A stretch of DNA of 60,626 nucleotides from Pseudomonas virus PBPA162, in sequence record NC_070971.1; one strand, 5' to 3'. The first letter of the stretch is position 1. Every line of letters begins with the position of its first letter. The notes beneath the pieces were generated by a model. It saw nothing but the letters and a program-made list of their open reading frames with translations, searched no databases and was not told where the DNA came from. This document shows positions 1-7,911 of this stretch, piece after piece. The position numbers and the translations under genes were made by a program.

Positions 1-249
1 CAGCAGCAGCCGCAGACCATGGTCGACACCAGCGCCCAGCAGCCGTGGGCCGCCCAGGGCGCCGGCCAGGTAGCCCAGCAGCCCATGCAGCAGCCCATGC
101 AGGCCCAGCAGCAGCCGCAGCAAGTGCAGGCGCAGGTACAGCCGCAGGCGCAGCCGCAGGTGCAGGCACAGCCCCAGCAGGCCGCTGTGGCGCAAGACCC
201 GGCAGCCGTGGCAGGCGCAGCAACCCCGCCGTGGCACAACCCGCAGTAA
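1..249 (+). CDS. C-terminal part of DUF669 / SSB-like protein. Q/P/A-rich low-complexity tail, continues in frame from 59985..60626 if the genome is circular.
   Basis: Frame 1 is open from base 1 and stops at 247-249. The gene at 59985 ends exactly on a codon boundary at 60626 with no stop. The QPQVQA-type repeat continues seamlessly across the junction. Confidence 0.6.
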   Translation, partial: QQQPQTMVDTSAQQPWAAQGAGQVAQQPMQQPMQAQQQPQQVQAQVQPQAQPQVQAQPQQAAVAQDPAAVAGAATPPWHNPQ

Positions 250-276
250 TCTGTGACGTTGTAAACTGAACAAATA

Positions 277-301
277 CCCCCGCTCCGGCGGGGGTATTTT
301 T
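277..301 (+). terminator. Rho-independent terminator
   Basis: Hairpin CCCCCGC-tccg-GCGGGGG followed by TATTTTT. Confidence 0.7.
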
Positions 302-317
302 GAATGAAGGAGATATC

Positions 318-1232
318 ATGACCGTTTATGTAGCGCACGACGTCAAGGCGGCGATTGAAGCCGCAATTGAAGAGGACCAGGGCGCCACCTATCGCATGTG
401 GTTAGGTAGGGTTATTCCCCACATGGGGGACGCGTACAACGCAGAGAACCATCCGTTCCGCTCCCATATGGGGGCCAGTATGATTGGCAAAGAGTGCGGG
501 CGTGCTATCTGGTATAGTTGGAACTGGGTTACCCGTCCTAAGTTCAGCGGTCGTATGCTGCGCCTGTTCAACCGGGGTCACCTGGAGGAAGCGCGCTTCA
601 TTGCGCAGCTACTGACCATCGGGGTCAAGGTGTGGCAGCAGGACGCCAACGGTAAACAGTACCGAATCAGTGACGCCGGGGGTCACTTTGGCGGCAGTGG
701 GGACGGCATCGCCGCGTGCCTGCCTGGCATTAACGCCGACCAACAAGTTTTGCTGGAGTTCAAGACCCACAGCGAAAAAAGCTTCAAGGACTTGGTAGCC
801 AACGGCGTTCGTGAATCCAAGCCAGAACACTTCTTTCAGATGCAAACGTACATGCACAAGATGGGCCTTTGCTTGGCATTGTACGGGGCTGTCAACAAGA
901 ACAATGACGAAACCTACTGGGAGTGGGTTGTCCTGGAGCCGGAAACCGGTGAACAGCTTATCGACCGTGCTGTCAAGCTGGTTGGCTTCGACGGCGTACC
1001 CCCGCGCATGAGTGAAAGCCCAGGGGCGTGGAAGTGTAAAATGTGCGATCACCGCCCGGTATGCCACCTTGGGGCGGCACCGGACGTCAACTGCCGCACC
1101 TGCGCATACAGCCGCCCGGGAACCGATGGCACAGGGTTATGGTACTGCCACCAGGGGATGACGCCTGAGCCGCTCAAGGACGAAATCAAATACAACGGTT
1201 GCAACCACTACACCAAAAGGGCTTCACTGTAA
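318..1232 (+). CDS. PD-(D/E)xK exonuclease with C-terminal Cys cluster (Cas4/RecB-like)
   Basis: RBS AAGGAG lies 6 nt before the ATG at 318. An E-x-K-type motif (LLEFKTHSEK) is present, and a terminal Cys cluster (CKMCDHRPVC...CRTC...C) is typical of Fe-S Cas4-like nucleases. Confidence 0.5.
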   Translation: MTVYVAHDVKAAIEAAIEEDQGATYRMWLGRVIPHMGDAYNAENHPFRSHMGASMIGKECGRAIWYSWNWVTRPKFSGRMLRLFNRGHLEEARFIAQLLTIGVKVWQQDANGKQYRISDAGGHFGGSGDGIAACLPGINADQQVLLEFKTHSEKSFKDLVANGVRESKPEHFFQMQTYMHKMGLCLALYGAVNKNNDETYWEWVVLEPETGEQLIDRAVKLVGFDGVPPRMSESPGAWKCKMCDHRPVCHLGAAPDVNCRTCAYSRPGTDGTGLWYCHQGMTPEPLKDEIKYNGCNHYTKRASL

Positions 1233-3013
1233 TGACTGCCGTATCACTTGGACAAGCAATTCGCATGCGCTCTTATCAACAGGAGTGCATTGAAACACTT
1301 TGGGATTACTTCCGCAAGAATGGCGGTAACCCTGTGTGCGCCCTTCCAACTGGTACGGGCAAGTCTGTGGTTATTGCGGGCTTTATCAAGTCCGTGCTCG
1401 ACCAGTTCCCCAACCAGCGCATTATGGTGCTGACGCACGTCAAGGAATTGGTTGAGCAGAACCATGCTAAACTTATATCAATTTGGCCAACCGCTCCCGC
1501 TGGCGTGTACAGCGCTGGTTTGAAGCGCCGCGACACCCTTAACAACATCATCTTTGGGGGAGTTGCGTCTGTTGCCAAGAAAGGGCATCTGTTCGGGCAT
1601 GTGGACCTCATCATCATTGATGAATGCCATCTTGTTAGCCCGTCCGATATGACCATGTACCGCAAGCTTATCGACCTACTTACCCAGGTAAACCCCTACC
1701 TGAAGGTTATCGGCTTTACTGCCACCCCCTGGCGTCTTGGACACGGTAGGATCACAGAAGGGGAGGGGTCGGTATTTACGGACGTTTGCTTTGACATAAC
1801 CACAGTAGCGGCCTTCAACCGGCTCATTGCCGAAGGCTACCTCTGCCCTCTGGTACCGCGCCCCACAAATGTCAAGCTCAACCTCGATGGCGTTAACATG
1901 CGTGGGGGTGAGTTTATTCCTAAGGAATTGCAAGCCGCCGTAGACATTGAAGTTGTGACGCGGGCAGCCCTCAACGAGTGCATGCAGTACCACGGCGTGC
2001 GCAAGAAGTGGCTCATATTTGCGTCCGGTGTAAACCATGCCATAAACATCAAGGACATCCTACACGAGTTTGGACTGGAAGGGGCTGTTGTACACAGCAA
2101 GATGACGGAGGAGGAACGTGACTTACACATCACCAACTTCAAGGCGGGTAAGTACACGTTCCTTGTGAACAACAACATCTTGACTACAGGGTTCGATGAC
2201 CCTGAAATTGATATGATTGTCATCCTGCGCCCAACCGCGTCCAGCGTTCTATGGGTTCAGATGCTTGGCCGTGGTACCCGCCCACATCCCAGCAAAACCA
2301 ACTGCCTGGTACTGGACTTTGCTCGTAACGGCAAGCGCCTTGGCCCAATCAACGACCCGCTTATCCCGCGCAAGCCTGGTAAGGGTGGGGCTGGCGGTGC
2401 ACCGGTGAAGGAATGCCCGGTATGCGGAAACGACGTGCACGCCTCGCTGCGGTTCTGTGATTCGTTCCTGCCTCCAGAGTTTGTTGTCAAATGCACGCAC
2501 GAGTTTGAGTTCAAAGTCAAGCTTGTAGGGGAAGCGTCAGAAGACGAGATTGTACGCGGGGACTTGCCGGTAGTAGAAGACTTCAAAGTGGACAACGTAA
2601 CCTATATGCTGCACAAGAAGGCGGATAAACCTGACAGTGTGAAGGTTACATACTTCTGCACAGATGCCAACACTGGCAAGTCCCGTATGTTCCAAGAGTT
2701 TGTGTGCCTGGAGCACCAAGGGCGGGCTGCTGGTGCGGCCAAGCGGTGGGTAGCGGCACGAAGCGACGTAGCTGTTGGTACCACCCAGGGGTTGCTAAAC
2801 CTGGCGGATACCCTTCGTGTGGCTAGGTACATTAAAGTCTGGACAAACCAAACATACCCAACTATTCTTAACCATTGTTTCGAAGGAACATGTTTCGGGA
2901 CGGTTGAGCCGGACGACTCGCCCGCACCTGTTGCCCAAGTTGTAACAGGGCATGCAAACATCCGTCTAGCCATCCCTACCCCCACGCCAGCGGACACCGA
3001 AGGATACTTCTAA
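1232..3013 (+). CDS. SF2 DEAD/DEAH-box DNA helicase with C-terminal Zn-ribbon region
   Basis: TAATG start overlaps the upstream stop. Walker A ALPTGTGKS, DECH box (IIIDECH), SAT-like FTATPW and motif VI QMLGRGTR are present. A CPVCGN...RFC zinc ribbon lies in the C-terminal region. Confidence 0.7.
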   Translation: MTAVSLGQAIRMRSYQQECIETLWDYFRKNGGNPVCALPTGTGKSVVIAGFIKSVLDQFPNQRIMVLTHVKELVEQNHAKLISIWPTAPAGVYSAGLKRRDTLNNIIFGGVASVAKKGHLFGHVDLIIIDECHLVSPSDMTMYRKLIDLLTQVNPYLKVIGFTATPWRLGHGRITEGEGSVFTDVCFDITTVAAFNRLIAEGYLCPLVPRPTNVKLNLDGVNMRGGEFIPKELQAAVDIEVVTRAALNECMQYHGVRKKWLIFASGVNHAINIKDILHEFGLEGAVVHSKMTEEERDLHITNFKAGKYTFLVNNNILTTGFDDPEIDMIVILRPTASSVLWVQMLGRGTRPHPSKTNCLVLDFARNGKRLGPINDPLIPRKPGKGGAGGAPVKECPVCGNDVHASLRFCDSFLPPEFVVKCTHEFEFKVKLVGEASEDEIVRGDLPVVEDFKVDNVTYMLHKKADKPDSVKVTYFCTDANTGKSRMFQEFVCLEHQGRAAGAAKRWVAARSDVAVGTTQGLLNLADTLRVARYIKVWTNQTYPTILNHCFEGTCFGTVEPDDSPAPVAQVVTGHANIRLAIPTPTPADTEGYF

Positions 3014-3672
3014 TGTACATTGTAATTGACCGGGAAGACTGCGTATTCCTGCCAATCAAGCACCACAGCCTTCAGGCTGTGTGCAATCTTACCTGGCTGG
3101 AAGCCAGCCATGCACACCACACGCACATAATGGACTTGTATGACCATAATAGCCTGCGCGGGTTCACGGATATGGAGTTGTTCCTCCTGTACAAGAACAC
3201 TACCGGTCTAGAGCGCCCTCCTCGCATGGGGGATGCTCTTCGTAACATCTTGCTACACATGGCCCAGGCTATCCCCGAAACCGAAATCAACATCGGTAAG
3301 CTCATTGTACAGTGTGACGGGGTTACGGAAGAGCAGGTGCTTGAAAGTAGCTGGCGGTATGACCACACAGGCTACCGGGCCCAAGTGCAGGAGTCATTGT
3401 TTAAGCTGGAGCCTGTGCGTATGGCACCGCTGGCCGACGAAGTTGCCGCCGCTAAGGCCCGCCCCGTGCGCCAGGCTGCACCAAAGCCCGTACCCGCACC
3501 TACCCCCGCCCCAGCGCCGCAAGCCGCGCCAACGGCGGCGCCTGGGCCAATACCGGCACCCTGGGGCCGTACCCCGGCCATGCACACCCAGGGCCAGGTA
3601 CAAGCACCGGTGAAAAACGTCCAACCCACTCCCCAAGTGACATCACAGTTTAAGAAGCCTTGGGAAAAATAA
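3013..3672 (+). CDS. Hypothetical protein with Pro/Ala-rich C-terminus
   Basis: TAATG overlap with the helicase stop and a long ORF. No recognisable domain. Confidence 0.45.
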   Translation: MYIVIDREDCVFLPIKHHSLQAVCNLTWLEASHAHHTHIMDLYDHNSLRGFTDMELFLLYKNTTGLERPPRMGDALRNILLHMAQAIPETEINIGKLIVQCDGVTEEQVLESSWRYDHTGYRAQVQESLFKLEPVRMAPLADEVAAAKARPVRQAAPKPVPAPTPAPAPQAAPTAAPGPIPAPWGRTPAMHTQGQVQAPVKNVQPTPQVTSQFKKPWEK

Positions 3673-3685
3673 TGCGAAAAGGGGG

Positions 3686-3714
3686 TTGCACTCCCCTAAC
3701 ACCAGCGTTATAGT
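3686..3714 (+). promoter_or_regulatory. Sigma70-like promoter TTGCAC-N17-TATAGT, preceded by AAAAGGGGG
   Basis: Hexamers are at 3686-3691 and 3709-3714. The RBS-equipped gene at 3775 lies 60 nt downstream. Confidence 0.45.
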
Positions 3715-3774
3715 GCACCCCACATCGCCACTTTAACGCGACTATTTCAACCAACCCATAAATGAGGTAATACC

Positions 3775-4353
3775 ATGAGCGACAAGACCCCGGAAATGCT
3801 GGAAGCCGAACGCATCGAAGCCGAGCGCAAAGCTGCCGAAAAGAAAGCTGCCAAGGAAGAGAAGGCCCGCGTCAAGGCCGAGGAAAAGAAAGCCGCCGCC
3901 GCAGCGCGTGAAGCCGCCCGCCAGCCGGAACAGAACGGCATCCGCCGTCCGAAGCCGGAAACCGTTTGCGGTCGCCTGTGGGCCATCATGGACGGCGTCA
4001 GCGCTGAGCTGGGCCAGCCGGCGCCCATCAGCCGCGTACACGCCATCGCCACCGCCGAAGCCATCAACGACGCCACCATCCGCACCCAGTACGCCCGCTG
4101 GCGTAAATTCCACGGCGTCGCCGGTCGCGTAGAAGACCCGGCCAAAGCCGAGCAAGAAGCGCAGAAGGCCGCCGCCAAGGCAGCCGAGAAGGCGGAGAAG
4201 GAAGCAGCCAAGAAGGCCGAGGCCGAAGCCAAGCGTCTGCAGAAGGAAGAAGCCAAAGCCGCCAAGGCCGCTGAAAAAGAAGCCGCCAAGAAAGCCGAAG
4301 CCGAGCGCAAAGCTGCCGAAGCCGCCGCTGCCGCTGCCGCCAAGGGCGAGTAA
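3775..4353 (+). CDS. Lys/Ala/Glu-rich (histone-H1/AlgP-like repeat) protein. Central domain is shared with the 47001..47675 protein.
   Basis: RBS GAGGT. KAAEK-type repeats at both ends. The central segment NGIRRPKPE...ATIRTQYARWRKFHG is homologous to the C-terminus of the 47001 protein. Confidence 0.6.
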   Translation: MSDKTPEMLEAERIEAERKAAEKKAAKEEKARVKAEEKKAAAAAREAARQPEQNGIRRPKPETVCGRLWAIMDGVSAELGQPAPISRVHAIATAEAINDATIRTQYARWRKFHGVAGRVEDPAKAEQEAQKAAAKAAEKAEKEAAKKAEAEAKRLQKEEAKAAKAAEKEAAKKAEAERKAAEAAAAAAAKGE

Positions 4354-4369
4354 CCAGGCCTGCGTCATG

Positions 4370-4399
4370 AAAGCCCCGCCAAGTGCGGGGCTTTTTATC
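4370..4399 (+). terminator. Rho-independent terminator
   Basis: AAGCCCCGC-caagt-GCGGGGCTT followed by TTTTAT. Confidence 0.75.
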
Positions 4400-4416
4400 A
4401 CTTGAGGATTACATCC

Positions 4417-5196
4417 ATGCTTCTAAACAACCAGATTCCGGTCAAAACCCTACCCAACGACGACATAGGCGTTGTTGAAGTACACAGTATCTTTGCCACC
4501 ATTCAAGGTGAAGGACCGTTTGCCGGAAGGCCCGCAGTGTTTGTGCGTCTAAGTGGGTGCAATCTGCAATGCCCTAAGTGTGACACCGAGTACACTGGAG
4601 GAAACCCCCTAACTCCCAGGGCAATAGTGGAGTTAGTGCGCTTTGAGAACAAAATGGCGGACTACGACATCCACAACCCGACCGACCATGTTGACGTGCC
4701 GGACAAGGTACGGCCAAAGCTTTTGCCAGCCAATGCCCAAAACCGCCTTGTGGTTATCACTGGCGGCGAACCTATGCGGCAACCTATCGCCCCATTGGTC
4801 GAAGCACTGCTTGACGCGGGCATGCAGGTTCAGATCGAAACCAACGGCACCTTGTTCCGTGACCTGCCCTACAGCGACCCCAACCTGACCATCGTGTGCA
4901 GCCCGAAGACGGGGGCGGTTAACCACAAGCTGAAACCTCACGTCCGCCACTTGAAATACGTCGCCGCGTTTGATAACATGGCGGAGGATGGACTGCCGGT
5001 TAGCGCGCTGGACCATCCCAACGGCGGATTGCTGGCACGCCCATGGCCAAGCTTCAAGGGCGTCATTTACCTTCAGCCTGTGGACGAGAAAAATGAAGAC
5101 TTGAACAAAGAAAACATGGACGCAGTAGTTAAGTCCTGCCAACGGCACGGATACACCCTGTGCCTGCAAATGCACAAAATCATTGAGGTAGAATAA
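4417..5196 (+). CDS. queE: 7-carboxy-7-deazaguanine synthase QueE (radical SAM)
   Basis: RBS GAGGA 8 nt upstream of the ATG (alternative TTG at 4402). CxxxCxxC-type radical-SAM cluster motif (SGCNLQCPKCDT) and conserved IQGEGPFAGRP. Confidence 0.8.
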   Translation: MLLNNQIPVKTLPNDDIGVVEVHSIFATIQGEGPFAGRPAVFVRLSGCNLQCPKCDTEYTGGNPLTPRAIVELVRFENKMADYDIHNPTDHVDVPDKVRPKLLPANAQNRLVVITGGEPMRQPIAPLVEALLDAGMQVQIETNGTLFRDLPYSDPNLTIVCSPKTGAVNHKLKPHVRHLKYVAAFDNMAEDGLPVSALDHPNGGLLARPWPSFKGVIYLQPVDEKNEDLNKENMDAVVKSCQRHGYTLCLQMHKIIEVE

Positions 5197-5417
5197 TGCA
5201 AGCCCCTACAGCGGCGGAAGTAACGCAAAAAGACATCTCACTCCGAAACGTCCTAGTTGAATCGGGTCACTGGAAGTGCTGTCTTAACTGTTGCGAATGG
5301 GGTGCACCGGACAACAACCAAACCCTTCAACCACTCTGCCGAAAATACAACATGGTACCACCACCCAAGGTCATTGTTCTTGGGTGCGTTGAACACATGC
5401 CAGATATACCATTCTAG
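5196..5417 (+). CDS. Small Cys-rich hypothetical protein (CCxxCC motif) embedded in the que cluster
   Basis: TAATG overlap with the queE stop. WKCCLNCCEW plus additional Cys and His. No known family recognised. Confidence 0.4.
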   Translation: MQAPTAAEVTQKDISLRNVLVESGHWKCCLNCCEWGAPDNNQTLQPLCRKYNMVPPPKVIVLGCVEHMPDIPF

Positions 5418-5428
5418 GAGAAGCAAAC

Positions 5429-6487
5429 ATGAAAAAAGCATTGGTAGTTCTTTCCGGCGGCCAGGACAGCACAACTTGCCTGTTTGATGCAGTCCGCAAA
5501 TTTGGCAAGAAAGCAGTGCACTGCATTGCTTTTGATTACGGGCAGCGTCACGCCATCGAACTGCAAAGCGCCAGAACTGTGGCGGTGATAGCGGGAGTTG
5601 AGCTGGAAGAAATTGACGTGCAGGGTATCCTGCACAGTACCAGCCCGCTCACCTCAGACACGCCACCTGACCAATACGAAAGCTTCCATCAGATGGAAGA
5701 AGTAGTTGGTGACAAGGTTGAAAAGACGTTTGTACCGATGCGCAACAGCCTGTTCCTGACCATTGCGGCAAACCGTGCCGTAGAGCTGGGTTGCACCACT
5801 GTGGTTACCGGGGTGTGCGGCCAGGACAACGCCAATTACCCAGACTGTACCGAGGAATTCATCAAAAAGATCGAGTCCTCCATCAACCAATCCCTCGGCC
5901 TGATCTATCGTAACGGGGCGGTTACGACCACGGATGAACGGTACATCCACATCAGTACCCCGCTCATGCACATGAGCAAAGCCCAATCTGTGGCTTTCGC
6001 CATGGGTATCCCTGGTTGCATGAAAGCATTGGCCTACAGCCATACCAGCTACGACGGCGAGTATCCCCCTGTCAAACATAACCACAGCAACTTGCTGAGG
6101 GCTCAAGGCTTCATTGAAGCCTTACTCCCGGATCCGTTGGTGCTTCGTGGGTGGTTGGACGGACTGATGCAATTGCCGGGCACCGTCAACTATATGGACC
6201 CGTGGCATTACGTGTTCAGCTACGGCCTGTGCTCGGTTAAAGACCTGGAGCCCCACGATTGGGCGTACCAGATGACCGAGAAGTACGAGAACTTCAATGT
6301 CGGCGACGTCGTTTGGCCATACAATATGTATGACTTTGGCATGGCCAAGAGTAAGACAGAGTTCAGCATGGTGGCCCACATTAACATTTGTCGGTCGCCC
6401 GCCGCTGAGCACTGCTTCTACACCATTCCTGCGTCCAATGTCAAGCGCATTAGCATCACTGATGCAATTGGCCTGATGGCAATTTAA
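5429..6487 (+). CDS. queC: QueC-like 7-cyano-7-deazaguanine synthase homolog. Divergent metal site and ~120-aa C-terminal extension.
   Basis: RBS AGGAG. PP-loop SGGQDS. The conserved QueC core runs to about residue 230. The expected C-terminal CxnCxxCxxC zinc motif is replaced by SHTSYDG...KHNHSN. An extra C-terminal domain of unknown function follows. Confidence 0.7.
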   Translation: MKKALVVLSGGQDSTTCLFDAVRKFGKKAVHCIAFDYGQRHAIELQSARTVAVIAGVELEEIDVQGILHSTSPLTSDTPPDQYESFHQMEEVVGDKVEKTFVPMRNSLFLTIAANRAVELGCTTVVTGVCGQDNANYPDCTEEFIKKIESSINQSLGLIYRNGAVTTTDERYIHISTPLMHMSKAQSVAFAMGIPGCMKALAYSHTSYDGEYPPVKHNHSNLLRAQGFIEALLPDPLVLRGWLDGLMQLPGTVNYMDPWHYVFSYGLCSVKDLEPHDWAYQMTEKYENFNVGDVVWPYNMYDFGMAKSKTEFSMVAHINICRSPAAEHCFYTIPASNVKRISITDAIGLMAI

Positions 6488-6490
6488 CGC

Positions 6491-6519
6491 TTGTGACGAC
6501 TGGGGTTAGTTGGTACAAT
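6491..6519 (+). promoter_or_regulatory. Sigma70-like promoter TTGTGA-N17-TACAAT embedded in inverted repeat CTGGGGTTA-N10-TAACCCCAG
   Basis: Hexamers are at 6491-6496 and 6514-6519. The 9-bp perfect inverted repeat at 6500-6508 / 6519-6527 brackets the -10 element. Confidence 0.45.
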
Positions 6520-6544
6520 AACCCCAGTTAATGAGGAGACTGGT

Positions 6545-6742
6545 ATGAGCGAAATCAAGATAGAAACCAAATTCGTTGACGGCCCGTTGAATGGTCAATA
6601 CGGATATGTCAACATTCAAAGGGAACAATCAAGCCTGCGACTTCGCTTTGGACAGAACATCGGTCGGTACGTGCGGCACAAAAGGGATCTGTGCATGTAC
6701 TGGCATCAAGAACCCACCAACATTTCCCATAAACCGGAGTAA
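6545..6742 (+). CDS. Small hypothetical protein within the que cluster
   Basis: Strong RBS GAGGAG 7 nt upstream. 65 aa, no known motif. Confidence 0.45.
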   Translation: MSEIKIETKFVDGPLNGQYGYVNIQREQSSLRLRFGQNIGRYVRHKRDLCMYWHQEPTNISHKPE

Positions 6743-6746
6743 CCAC

Positions 6747-7205
6747 ATGAGCAAGAAATACCGCTCTACCAAAACCTACGGGCACGAACAGGGCCTGTCC
6801 TGCTGCTTCCGCCAATGGCGCGCTACGCACAGCCATTGCTCCCTGTTGCACGGCTACGCCATTTCCGTGGCCCTGGAGTTCGAAGCCGACGAGCTGGATC
6901 AACGCAACTGGGTTGTCGATTTCGGCGCGCTGGGTGAGGTCAAGGAATTCCTGCAATACAGCTTCGACCACACCCTGATGGTCGCCCAGGACGACCCCGA
7001 GCTGGACACGCTGACCGGCCTTAATGGGCTGGGCCTGGCACGCTGCATTGTGCTTCCGCGGGTTGGCTGCGAGGCCTTCGCTGAGTACATTGCGGATTTT
7101 GTCCAGGGCTGGCTACAACGCGAAGGCCTGGCCCCCCGTGTCGACCTGGCAAAGGTTGAAGTTCGTGAACATGGCGCTAACAGCGCCATCTACTATCCGC
7201 AGTAA
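6747..7205 (+). CDS. queD: 6-carboxy-5,6,7,8-tetrahydropterin synthase QueD
   Basis: RBS GGAG. C-x3-H-G-Y motif (CSLLHGY) and the size are typical of QueD/PTPS. The in-frame upstream extension to 6591 was rejected because it overlaps the preceding gene. Confidence 0.75.
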   Translation: MSKKYRSTKTYGHEQGLSCCFRQWRATHSHCSLLHGYAISVALEFEADELDQRNWVVDFGALGEVKEFLQYSFDHTLMVAQDDPELDTLTGLNGLGLARCIVLPRVGCEAFAEYIADFVQGWLQREGLAPRVDLAKVEVREHGANSAIYYPQ

Positions 7206-7214
7206 GGACAAGAG

Positions 7215-7838
7215 ATGAGCGACAAGTATTCACAACTGGTTGAAGATTCCGTCCGCGGCATTCTGAAGGAAGTCGACCCAACGTCCCTGATCCAGGTCCC
7301 CGATGACCGCTACGTCACCGGTCGCCGCAAGGAACTGCGCCCCGGCCTGACCGACACCCCCAAGCGGGTTGCAAAGGCCTGGAAGCACTGGACCGGCGGC
7401 TACGATATCAACGTGGCGGAACTGCTGTCTGTCAAGTTCAAGGACGGCGGCGAAAGCTATGACCAAATGGTGCTGGTCAAGGACATCCCGCTGTACAGCA
7501 AGTGCGAGCACCACCTGGCGGACATCTTCGGCACCGCAACGGTCGCCTACATCCCCAACCCGGAACACGGGGTAGTTGGTCTGTCCAAGATCAGCCGCGT
7601 AGTGGATGCCTATGCCCGTCGCCTGCAAACCCAGGAACGTATCACCGTACAGGTGGCCGATGCCCTCGATGAGCACCTGGCCGCCCTGGGTGTTGGTGTG
7701 GTTATCAAGGCTCGGCACATGTGCATGGAAAGTCGCGGCCTGTGCCAGCAGGGCCATCACACGGTAACCGTGCAACTGCGCGGCCTGCTGCGCAATGACC
7801 CCGGCCTGCGACAAGAGTTCCTTTCTGTTGCACGCTAA
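7215..7838 (+). CDS. folE: GTP cyclohydrolase I FolE
   Basis: Zinc-ligand motifs CEHH (SKCEHHL) and HMCMESRG are conserved in FolE. Confidence 0.8.
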   Translation: MSDKYSQLVEDSVRGILKEVDPTSLIQVPDDRYVTGRRKELRPGLTDTPKRVAKAWKHWTGGYDINVAELLSVKFKDGGESYDQMVLVKDIPLYSKCEHHLADIFGTATVAYIPNPEHGVVGLSKISRVVDAYARRLQTQERITVQVADALDEHLAALGVGVVIKARHMCMESRGLCQQGHHTVTVQLRGLLRNDPGLRQEFLSVAR

Positions 7839-7856
7839 CTGGGGTTAGGGTACAAT
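7828..7856 (+). promoter_or_regulatory. Sigma70-like promoter TTGCAC-N17-TACAAT followed by hairpin plus T-rich motif CGGTACGCCCCTTTCTTTT
   Basis: Hexamers are at 7828-7833 and 7851-7856. The spacer shares ACTGGGGTTAG with the promoter at 6491. Confidence 0.45.
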
Positions 7857-7911
7857 AGGGGCCTACTTCGGTACGCCCCTTTCTTTTGACTGATAGTAAA
7901 AGCGGTGAGGT

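Noticed and set aside
389-1067. Antisense ORFs (389..571 -, 609..1067 -, 811..1011 +) inside the exonuclease gene
   Set aside because: They lie fully within a well-supported CDS on the other strand or frame. They have no RBS and are typical GC-rich shadow ORFs.
6591-6746. N-terminal extension of queD back to 6591
   Set aside because: The extension overlaps the RBS-supported 65-aa gene. The internal ATG at 6747 has its own RBS and yields a canonical-length QueD.
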